Source: an uncultured Gammaproteobacteria bacterium (lineage in GTDB: Bacteria > Patescibacteriota > Patescibacteriia > Patescibacteriales > GWE2-39-37). Taken from it: DNA of 64,000 bases. Both the position numbers and the translations under genes were made by a program. Within the stretch, counting starts at the first letter, position 1. Each line of letters begins with the position of its first letter. The stretch covers positions 2,615 to 66,614 of the forward strand of contig CAYUCS010000001.1 of NCBI GenBank assembly GCA_964443495.1, written 5' to 3'. The notes under the pieces are model-generated. The model had not been told where the DNA came from. It saw only the letters and a list, made by a program, of their open reading frames with translations, and ran no database searches. Shown piece by piece: positions 1 to 7,315 of this stretch.

Positions 1-450
1 ATACGTCGCGCGGATAAGATCGTAATCAATCCTGGCAACCTGTTTCTTTCGATAGTCCCCAATCTGTTAGTGTCTGGCGTAACGGACGCTATCCGTGAGT
101 CGCGCGGACAGAAGATATATGTTTCCAACCTAATGAGTTCTCTTGGACTGACGGATAACTTCACGGTCATGGATCACGTTAATGAACTGGAAAAATATCT
201 GGGCCGCAAGACTATCGATGCGGTGGTTTATAATACGCAACGTCCGACGCCGGAGCTGTTGCGCAAATACAGTCGTGAAGGCGAGCACTTGGTTGAGCTG
301 GGCAATGTGCCGAAAAACAGCCGTTTGAAGCTCGTGGGCGACAAGCTGGTTGCCAGAAAGGTGTTCAAGCGGCCCAAGGGGGATAAAATCAGCCGCACAC
401 TGATACGACACGACAGCGACAAGATCGCTAAGATAATATTCGCTTTATAA
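1..450 (+). CDS. YvcK/CofD-family (UPF0052, gluconeogenesis-factor-like) protein, C-terminal part; 5' end lies outside the window
   Basis: Frame 1 is open from base 1. Translation IRRADKIVINPGNLFLSIVPNLLVSGVTDAIRES resembles the conserved GPGSLYTSIxPNLLVxGIxxAI block of YvcK/CofD proteins. Stop at 448-450. Confidence 0.7.
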   Translation: MRRADKIVINPGNLFLSIVPNLLVSGVTDAIRESRGQKIYVSNLMSSLGLTDNFTVMDHVNELEKYLGRKTIDAVVYNTQRPTPELLRKYSREGEHLVELGNVPKNSRLKLVGDKLVARKVFKRPKGDKISRTLIRHDSDKIAKIIFAL

Positions 451-452
451 CA

Positions 453-1700
453 ATGAAAGTAGTCGCCGACCTGCATATTCATTCAAAATATTCGCGTGCT
501 TGCTCGCGCGATTTGGAGTTGCCGAAGATCGCCAAGACCTGCGAGCTTAAAGGCATCGACCTGGTCGCTACCGGCGACTTCACGCATCCGGCGTGGTTCG
601 AGTCGATTGAGAACGAGCTTGGCGAAGTCGCGAGCACCGGGTTCTATCAGCTAAAGTGCGGCTCGAGCCCGACCATGTTCACGCTCTCGACCGAGCTGGC
701 GCTGATTTACAAGGACGCCGATAAAGCGCGACGCATCCATGTCATGGTGCAGGCGCCGAGCATCGAAGCAGCGAGCGAGCTGAACAGCATCTTGGGCAAG
801 CGCTTCAATCTTAAGTCCGATGGTCGGCCTATCCTGGGCTTGCCTGCGGCGGAGCTAGTCAGGATATGTCGCGAAATCAGGCAAGATTTCATTATCTATC
901 CAGCTCATATCTGGACTCCTTGGTTTTCAGTCTTCGGCTCTAAATCGGGTTTCAATAAGCTGGAAGAATGTTTCCATGAGCAGACGGAGTTCATCCATGC
1001 CTATGAGACCGGATTGTCGTCCGACCCGGAGATGAATTGGCGCGTGCCACAGCTGGACAAGCTTACGCTGCTTTCCAACTCCGATTCTCACTCTTTGCCG
1101 AATCTGGGGCGCGAGTGCAATGTCTTTGACTTGCCCGAGGCAAGTTATGCCGCCTTGTCCGACGCCATAAAATGCAAGAAAAATTTGGATTACACGATCG
1201 AGTTCTATCCGGAAGAGGGTATGTACCACTTCGACGGCCATCGCGATTGCAATATCTCGATGACGCCGGTCGAAACCAAAAAGCATGGCGGCATCTGCCC
1301 GGTTTGCAAAAAACCTTTAATAATAGGTGTTTTGAATAGGGTTGAAGAGCTGTCTGAACGGCCCGAAGGCTTCGTTCTGCCTGGCGCGCCCGGTTATAAG
1401 AAATTGATCGAACTGGACAAGGTAATCGCCGAGGCGGTTGGCGTTAAAAGCCGAACTAGCGTCAAGGTGAAAAACATATACGACGAATTATTGAAACAAC
1501 TCGGAAGCGAGTTGGACATCCTGATCGGTTGCCCGGCTGAAAAGATCGCTGCCGCTTCGAGTGATCGTATCGCTGAAGCTGTGCGCCGCGTCCGCGCCGG
1601 CGAGCTAATCATCAAGCCAGGCTTCGACGGTCAGTACGGCGAAGTCATGATCTTTGCCGAAGAAGAACGTCCAGTGAGCAAGCAGAAAAGATTGTTCTAA
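453..1700 (+). CDS. Endonuclease Q-like PHP-domain protein
   Basis: N-terminal PHP motif VADLHIHSKYSRA. Cys-rich segment CPVCKKPLIIGVLNRVEEL. Length (415 aa) and layout are collinear with archaeal/Bacillus EndoQ. Start is 2 nt after the upstream stop. Confidence 0.6.
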   Translation: MKVVADLHIHSKYSRACSRDLELPKIAKTCELKGIDLVATGDFTHPAWFESIENELGEVASTGFYQLKCGSSPTMFTLSTELALIYKDADKARRIHVMVQAPSIEAASELNSILGKRFNLKSDGRPILGLPAAELVRICREIRQDFIIYPAHIWTPWFSVFGSKSGFNKLEECFHEQTEFIHAYETGLSSDPEMNWRVPQLDKLTLLSNSDSHSLPNLGRECNVFDLPEASYAALSDAIKCKKNLDYTIEFYPEEGMYHFDGHRDCNISMTPVETKKHGGICPVCKKPLIIGVLNRVEELSERPEGFVLPGAPGYKKLIELDKVIAEAVGVKSRTSVKVKNIYDELLKQLGSELDILIGCPAEKIAAASSDRIAEAVRRVRAGELIIKPGFDGQYGEVMIFAEEERPVSKQKRLF

Positions 1701-1708
1701 CTTGAAGC

Positions 1709-1745
1709 ATAACAAAAACCCCGATATAATCGGGGTTTTTGTTAT
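1709..1745. terminator. Palindromic bidirectional rho-independent terminator (ATAACAAAAA-hairpin-TTTTTGTTAT type)
   Basis: ataacaaaaaCCCCGATataATCGGGGtttttgttat lies between convergent genes (453-1700 + and 1751-2479 -). A-run and T-run flank a GC stem. Confidence 0.8.
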
Positions 1746-1750
1746 GGTGA

Positions 1751-2479
1751 TTATTTCATATTCCAAAGCCCCTCAAACAATGGTCGCATTGAATCCGCAA
1801 TTTCCTTGGATTCAATTATTACAATAAATGGTTCGTCAGAGAGTGAAGTAATAGCGGTCTTGTTATCGTAAATTGCCAAGTCCATGGCGGAGCCATTGAT
1901 TTGGGGGTTGCTTCTTATTTCTTGGCCGGCACTTAGAAAGTATTGCATTAGGTATTTTTCATCTTCATTGTCGGGCACCAAGTGGCGATGTTTCTGCTTT
2001 TCTGGCTTACCTAAATAAGAAGTCCATTTTTTTATTGAACCAGGAAAATACTCTTCGACCTTTTTGTAAGAGGTTATGAACATTGCCTCTTTGGCACCGC
2101 CCATCTGTTGGTATGTTTGCCAAATACCGTCTTTGGAGTCAATGTAAGTGATCTTCGGCTTGTGCGGACCTTTACTACCCAGGGTTTTGAGCAAGGGCAG
2201 CATCTCGGCGAAATTCTGCGCCGAGTCTTTTAGTTGACGCAAGATGACGGCTGGGTCGGCTGCCTGAAAAGCGTTGATTTTGCGGTCAGGCAGCTCGCTG
2301 GCATAGCCGCGCTTAATCAAGCCCTCGATAATGACGTAAATGATCGGCCGCTTGAGGTCGGTCTTTTTGGCTATTTGTGCTACAGTGCCGCTGCCCAATT
2401 CGAGCAGCGACAGATAGACGAGCGCTTCTTTTTCTGTGAAACCGGAGTTTCCTAAGAGTTTTAAGAGGTCTTTATCCAT
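1751..2479 (-). CDS. TrmB-family transcriptional regulator
   Basis: N-terminal winged-helix block GFTEKEALVYLSLLELGSGTVAQIAKKTDLKRPIIYVIIEGLIKRGY is typical of TrmB HTH. A C-terminal TrmB-like effector domain follows. Confidence 0.7.
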   Translation of the reverse strand: MDKDLLKLLGNSGFTEKEALVYLSLLELGSGTVAQIAKKTDLKRPIIYVIIEGLIKRGYASELPDRKINAFQAADPAVILRQLKDSAQNFAEMLPLLKTLGSKGPHKPKITYIDSKDGIWQTYQQMGGAKEAMFITSYKKVEEYFPGSIKKWTSYLGKPEKQKHRHLVPDNEDEKYLMQYFLSAGQEIRSNPQINGSAMDLAIYDNKTAITSLSDEPFIVIIESKEIADSMRPLFEGLWNMK

Positions 2480-2679
2480 ATATATATATGATAGCTCAAA
2501 ATGTCATATTTGTCAAAAATATTGAATAATTTTTATAAATAAGTTTAATTTTAGCTAATTTTATTTATATATTTATATTATATCATTGACTTTTTTGTGA
2601 TTGTGTGGTATTGTAAGTCATCAAGCTAAGAAAAGCTTGTGGACATTCAAAAAAATACAAAAAGAAAAAGGAGATTATC

Positions 2680-2868
2680 ATGAATAAATACGCCAGAATC
2701 ATTACGCTGATCATTATCGCAGCAGTGCACTTCTCGGGGGTGGTTTCGTTCATGCAGAACGTCGTTCCGCATGACAGCCCGGTGCGGTGGTTCGCCTGGT
2801 ATGTCCTTTCTGTGATTGTCTTGGCAATCGTGTTGGCGTGCAGCGTCTTGTTGCCGCCGGAGCGATGA
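2680..2868 (+). CDS. Small membrane protein (62 aa, two hydrophobic helices)
   Basis: Strong SD aaaaGGAGattatcATG. Two hydrophobic segments. Lies directly upstream of the ABC transporter genes. Confidence 0.5.
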   Translation: MNKYARIITLIIIAAVHFSGVVSFMQNVVPHDSPVRWFAWYVLSVIVLAIVLACSVLLPPER

Positions 2869-2954
2869 GCCGGACAAATGCGGCTTCGTCAATCTTGATG
2901 AAGCCGCCCATTTTAACTCAAACACTTGAGACATATTAACTAACTTAAAAGTTT

Positions 2955-3989
2955 ATGAACAAAAAAATCGTCATCAGCCTGATTGCCATTTTGGTAGTCG
3001 TAAGCGCGGTTGCTGCTTATGTTGGCAATCGTCAAAGCGGGAAGGTACAAAATACCTCAGTGTCCAAAATCGAATCAAAAGACAGTACTAAGCCGATCCG
3101 CGTCGGCATCGTGATTTACCCCGGCTTCGCCCCGTTCAATTTGGCCCAGGAAAAAGGCTTCTTTGAGAAAGAGGGCGCCAAGGTCGAGATCGTCCAGTCG
3201 GCTGATCCGAACCAGCTAATGGCATCTTTGGCCAGCGGCGACATCCAGATGCTGACCTGCTCGGCTGATTGCGCTACGCTGATCGCTGACGCTAAAATTC
3301 CGGCCAAGCAGATTTTCAGCACTGACGAATCGTACGGCGCCGACGGCATAGTGGCCAAGGACAGTATTTCGAGCATCAAGGATCTGAAGGGCAAGACTCT
3401 CTATCTGCCGTTGGGCTTCCCGGGGCATTTCCTGGTGCGCAGCTTGGCTGAGCAAGCCGGATTGAGTGCAACCGACATCAAGCTGGAACAGATGGATGCC
3501 GACCAGGTCGGTGCCGCTTTCATTGCCGGCAAGATCGATGCCGGCGTCACTTGGGAGCCGTGGCTGTCGAAGGCTAGTCAGCGCAAGGATGGCAAAGTGC
3601 TGGTCACCAGCAAAGACCAGCCAGGTATTATCGTCGATACGGTATTTGCTAGGAATGAGCTCTTAGATAGCCGTCGCGACGAAGTCAAGGCGGTGGCTAG
3701 GGGTTATATCGACGCGGTTGAGTACTGGAAAAGCAATCCCGCTGACGCCAATGCCATTATGGCGCAAAGCCTCGGAGAGACTTCGGAAGAGTTCGCTGCC
3801 CAGATGCAAGTTTCAAAGTTAGCAGACTATGATTATAATGTGGCCAAGTTCAATCAGGACAAGGCCGGATCGGTCTACCAGTTGACTACTCAGGCCTCCA
3901 AGTACTACCTGGCCGATGGGGTCATCAAGGCGCCAGTCGATGCGGTTAGCGTGACCGATTCCTCGATTATCGAGGAGCTGTACAAATAA
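2955..3989 (+). CDS. ABC transporter substrate-binding protein, NMT1/NrtA-like (NitT/TauT family)
   Basis: N-terminal membrane anchor/signal. NMT1-like blocks IRVGIVIYPGFAPFNLAQEKGFFEKEG and DAGVTWEPWLSKA. Followed by a cognate permease and ATPase. Confidence 0.75.
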   Translation: MNKKIVISLIAILVVVSAVAAYVGNRQSGKVQNTSVSKIESKDSTKPIRVGIVIYPGFAPFNLAQEKGFFEKEGAKVEIVQSADPNQLMASLASGDIQMLTCSADCATLIADAKIPAKQIFSTDESYGADGIVAKDSISSIKDLKGKTLYLPLGFPGHFLVRSLAEQAGLSATDIKLEQMDADQVGAAFIAGKIDAGVTWEPWLSKASQRKDGKVLVTSKDQPGIIVDTVFARNELLDSRRDEVKAVARGYIDAVEYWKSNPADANAIMAQSLGETSEEFAAQMQVSKLADYDYNVAKFNQDKAGSVYQLTTQASKYYLADGVIKAPVDAVSVTDSSIIEELYK

Positions 3990-3993
3990 CAAG

Positions 3994-4770
3994 ATGCATA
4001 TTATTTCCCTGAAAATTACACGGGAGCGGAAAGAGCTGGCGCTGTCGTCCAGCTCTTTTTTGCTTCTGGGTTTGGCCTGGTTCGCCGTTTCCCAAGCTGG
4101 TCTGGTGGCGCCGTTCTTCTTGCCGTCGCTTCTATCGATCGGCCAAGCGGCCGCGGCTTTACTCAAGAGCAGTCTCTTGGCCGACGTTTGGGCCAGCTCG
4201 TACCGCATCGCGTTAGGTTTCGGTCTGGCGGCGGCCATTGCCGTGCCTACTGGCTTGCTGGTCGCGATCAATCGGAACGCGAGGGCATTCTTGTTGCCCT
4301 TGGCCGGCTTCATCCGTTACATCCCGCCTTCCGCCTTGGTGCCGCTAGCCATCTTGTGGCTAGGTATCGGCGAAGTTGAGAAGGTGGCAGTAATCTTTGC
4401 CAGCATCGCGCCCTACTTATTGCTTCTGGCGGCCGATGTGGCTGGCGGCATCCGGCAGGAGTATTTCGAGGCCGCCCAAGTCATGGGGATGGGTCGGTCG
4501 CGTCTCTTCGTTAAAATCTTGCTGCCGGCAGCGCTGCCCGGAATTTGGGAGGCAATGCGCATCATGGTCGGCGCCGCTTGGTCGTACATCGTCTTTGCCG
4601 AAATGGTGGCGGCCGAGAATGGCATCGGACATCTGATCATGCAGTCGCAGCGGTATTTGCAGACGCCCAAGGTAATGGTCGGCATACTGGTTGTCGGCCT
4701 TTTGGGTATCGGCACCGATTGCCTGTTTCGGATCGGTTATCGTAAATTGTTTCCTTGGGTTAATAAATAA
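3994..4770 (+). CDS. ABC transporter permease (NitT/TauT family)
   Basis: Multi-pass hydrophobic protein with a binding-protein-dependent transport-system inner-membrane-component signature (EAAQVMGMGRSRLFVKILLPAALPGI). Confidence 0.8.
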   Translation: MHIISLKITRERKELALSSSSFLLLGLAWFAVSQAGLVAPFFLPSLLSIGQAAAALLKSSLLADVWASSYRIALGFGLAAAIAVPTGLLVAINRNARAFLLPLAGFIRYIPPSALVPLAILWLGIGEVEKVAVIFASIAPYLLLLAADVAGGIRQEYFEAAQVMGMGRSRLFVKILLPAALPGIWEAMRIMVGAAWSYIVFAEMVAAENGIGHLIMQSQRYLQTPKVMVGILVVGLLGIGTDCLFRIGYRKLFPWVNK

Positions 4771-4779
4771 TCAAAGCGT

Positions 4780-6348
4780 ATGCTGAAAGTCACAAGCTTG
4801 ACTAAACGGTACAAAACTGACGATGGGGAGGTTACGGTATTGAAAGATATCGATTTCAGTATTGGAAAAGGCGAATTCGTCGCCATTGTCGGGCCGAGCG
4901 GCTGCGGTAAGACGACTTTGCTAAAATGCGTCGCGGGATTGATTAGCGATTATGGCGGCACTGTCAGTTTCGAGGGAAGGACCAAGGGGATGGTGTTCCA
5001 GAATTTTTGTGCCTTCCCGTGGCTGACAGTCAGGAAGAGTATCGAATTCGCTTTGGAACAGCAATGGATCGGCCGACAGGAGCGGAAAGAGATCTCCGAC
5101 AAATGGCTGCTCTTGACCGGATTGCGCGATTTCGAGCATTATTATCCCAAGGACTTGTCCGGCGGCATGAATCAGCGCTTGGCATTGGCCGCCGCCTTGT
5201 CGCCAGCTCCAGACCTGGTCTTACTTGACGAGCCGTTCGGCGCCCTGGATGCGCAGACGCGATCGCTGATGCAGGAGCTCTTGTCCAATGTTTGGCCCAC
5301 GAACAGGCCATCAGTGCTGTTGGTTACGCACGATGTCGACGAAGCGATTTATTTAGCCGATCGGGTGCTTGTCATGAGCGCTAGGCCGGGAGAAATTAAG
5401 TCTGAAATCAAGATTGATCTGCCTAAGGAGAGGCACGCCGATTTGAAGCTATCGGGCGAGTTCCTGGCAATCAAAAAGCACATCCATTATATCTTGCGCA
5501 GCGAATCTATTAAGGCGGCCCAGTTTAGGGCTAGTGATTTGAACAAGGGTTCGATCAAGATCGGCGTGCATGCTTGGGCTGGGGTTACACCGTTGTACTA
5601 TGCTTTGGACAATAATTATTTTTCCAAGCGCGGAGTTCGAGTCGATATCGTGCCGCTTGAAAAGGACGAGGATCGGATTAGGGCTTTCAGGGATGGTGAA
5701 ATCGACTTGTTGCATTTGACTGTTGATTCGTTGGGCTATTTAAATGACGAGGAAAAATTGGATTGTGAAATCGCTCTTTTAATGGATGACTCCGTCGGCG
5801 CTGATGCATTAGTCGCTCAGCCTGGAATTAAGGAAGTTAAGGACCTGATTGGCAAGAAAATCGGAGTTGAGACCGGGATGTTCTCTCAGTTTTTTTTGGA
5901 ATATGTCCTTGGAAAATCTAAAATCAATTTGAGCGATGTTGAAGTAGTCGATCTTAGGGGGAGCGAAATCGGATCGGGCATGCTGGACGGTCAGGTTGAT
6001 GCAGCAGTGTTGTGGGAGCCTTGGTTGTCTAGCGTCTTGCGTATGACTGATGCGCATATCCTAGTATCTACAGAAAGCGAACGGCACTTGATTGTGAGTG
6101 TTTTGTTTGTTCGAAAGGCATTTTTAGTTGAGCATCATAATGAATTGAAAATAATAAGGGAGGAATGGCAGAAAGTAATTGATGAGATAAATGATAAAAA
6201 GGTCGGCTTGACGACTAGACTGGCTTCATATATCGGTTTGTCTCGCAATGAGTTTGAGGAGGTGCTAGGAAAGATGCAGTTTATCGGAAGAGAAGATTAT
6301 GAATTTTTTTCTAAAAAGATCAAAAAGATGATGAATCAAACAAATTAA
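4780..6348 (+). CDS. ABC transporter ATP-binding protein with C-terminal NrtA/NMT1-like domain (NrtC/CmpC-type architecture)
   Basis: Walker A GPSGCGKTT, signature LSGGMNQR, Walker B LVLLDEPFGALD. Residues from about 265 to 522 (IKIGVHAWAGVTPLYYALDNNYFSKRGVRVDIV, DAAVLWEPWLSS) repeat the blocks of the periplasmic binding protein at 2955-3989. Confidence 0.8.
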   Translation: MLKVTSLTKRYKTDDGEVTVLKDIDFSIGKGEFVAIVGPSGCGKTTLLKCVAGLISDYGGTVSFEGRTKGMVFQNFCAFPWLTVRKSIEFALEQQWIGRQERKEISDKWLLLTGLRDFEHYYPKDLSGGMNQRLALAAALSPAPDLVLLDEPFGALDAQTRSLMQELLSNVWPTNRPSVLLVTHDVDEAIYLADRVLVMSARPGEIKSEIKIDLPKERHADLKLSGEFLAIKKHIHYILRSESIKAAQFRASDLNKGSIKIGVHAWAGVTPLYYALDNNYFSKRGVRVDIVPLEKDEDRIRAFRDGEIDLLHLTVDSLGYLNDEEKLDCEIALLMDDSVGADALVAQPGIKEVKDLIGKKIGVETGMFSQFFLEYVLGKSKINLSDVEVVDLRGSEIGSGMLDGQVDAAVLWEPWLSSVLRMTDAHILVSTESERHLIVSVLFVRKAFLVEHHNELKIIREEWQKVIDEINDKKVGLTTRLASYIGLSRNEFEEVLGKMQFIGREDYEFFSKKIKKMMNQTN

Positions 6349-6358
6349 AGGAATGGAA

Positions 6359-6394
6359 AATAACAAAAACCCCGATTATATCGGGGTTTTTGTT
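6359..6394. terminator. Palindromic bidirectional terminator, near-copy of the one at 1709-1745
   Basis: aataacaaaaaCCCCGATtatATCGGGGtttttgttt lies between convergent genes 4780-6348 (+) and 6466-6711 (-). Confidence 0.8.
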
Positions 6395-6465
6395 TCCTCC
6401 TCTCGCCAAACAGCTGGCGATCGAATCCTTTTGCCCGCCAAATGATTGGCGAGGAGAAAAGAGAT

Positions 6466-6711
6466 TTATTTCTTTTTCTTTGCTACCTTTTTTGCCGGCT
6501 TCTTTACTGCCTTTTTCACGGTTTTCTTGGCAGCTGGTTTTTTTGCGGCCGGCTTTTTGGCAGCGACTTTTTTGGTCGCGACTTTCTTTTTTGCCGGAGC
6601 CTTCTTGACGGCTTTCTTGACGGTAGCTTTTTTTACCACCTTCTTGGCGGCCGGCTTCTTTACTGCCTTTTTCACGGTTTTCTTGGCAGCTGGTTTTTTC
6701 TTGGTTGCCAT
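6466..6711 (-). CDS. Histone H1/Hc1-like Lys/Ala-rich DNA-binding protein (81 aa)
   Basis: Sequence MATKKKPAAKKTVKKAVKKPAAKK... is almost entirely K/A/V/P/T. SD GGAGGTG lies 8 nt upstream of the ATG. The other-frame ORFs in the track are low-complexity artefacts. Confidence 0.7.
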   Translation of the reverse strand: MATKKKPAAKKTVKKAVKKPAAKKVVKKATVKKAVKKAPAKKKVATKKVAAKKPAAKKPAAKKTVKKAVKKPAKKVAKKKK

Positions 6712-7069
6712 TGTTATTCACCTCCTTCCTTTTGCGCGCGTCGCAGTGCGACGAGCGATTAGCATCTATTCATATTATAGATAAAAAAACACAAACTCTC
6801 AATGCGGTAGCAGCGGTTTATTATCAAGAGTGTGAGGGAGTTGAAGCAAGCCGTTTCTTCTTAATTTTTTTTTAATATCTCGATGGTAAATTTCATTAAG
6901 ATAGACGAGGATACCGAACGGCCGAGGTTTTTAAGCCGGCATCAAGCAAAGTTCGACAGAAACAAATTCCGCGAAAAAATGTATTAGTATGTGCAAGGGT
7001 GGATCAAGGTTGTTAATATTAATATTTATTTAATATTAGCCAAAATGTCTGATTTGCGAGACCGCCCTC

Positions 7070-7098
7070 TTGACAAATGAATATGCTTGTGCTAAGAT
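7070..7098 (+). promoter_or_regulatory. Near-consensus sigma70-type promoter with no annotated ORF downstream
   Basis: TTGACA (7070-7075), 17-nt spacer, TAAGAT (7093-7098). Confidence 0.45.
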
Positions 7099-7104
7099 AA
7101 CAAA

Positions 7105-7289
7105 TCAGTTTGAAAACAGAATATCAAAGGTCGTTTTGAGCGGGCTAGGCACGACAAGCATGGGGATTTTCTTTTCAGGTTTCGCTTGGTTTTTTACTGG
7201 GTGTCTCCTGAAGGAAATTTTCTTGCCTACCCGCTTAAGATGATCTTTTTTTGTACAATAAAACTCCGCGGAAGCGGAGTTTTATTTTT
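7105..7289 (+). ncRNA. Candidate structured small RNA (long irregular hairpin, 6S-like shape), or the mRNA of a 27-aa hydrophobic peptide
   Basis: Bracketed by the promoter at 7070-7098 and the terminator at 7260-7289. I could pair 7126-7151 with 7224-7248 (core AGCGGGcTAGGCA / TGCCTACCCGCT) and 7172-7179 with 7207-7214. Embedded ORF 7160-7243 encodes MGIFFSGFAWFFTGCLLKEIFLPTRLR and has no SD. Confidence 0.3.
7260..7289. terminator. Bidirectional rho-independent terminator
   Basis: AAAACTCCGC-ggaa-GCGGAGTTTT followed by attttt. Also serves the minus-strand VanW gene that ends at 7316. Confidence 0.8.
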
Positions 7290-7315
7290 GTAAGGAAGTT
7301 ATCAACAGTTTGATT

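Noticed and set aside
2503-2520. Shared 14-mer catatttgtcaaaa in the TrmB-regulator upstream region (2505-2518) and overlapping the -35 box at 36765-36778; possible TrmB operator
   Set aside because: A rough estimate (about 2e9 position pairs times 4^-14) predicts several chance 14-mer matches in 64 kb, and more in AT-rich intergenic DNA. Two copies are not enough to call a regulatory motif.
6320-6784. Several overlapping ORFs (133 aa on the minus strand; 72, 106 and 112 aa on the plus strand) across the Lys/Ala-rich gene
   Set aside because: These are frame and strand artefacts of a low-complexity AAG/GCN repeat. Only the 81-aa frame has an SD (GGAGGTG) and a plausible product.
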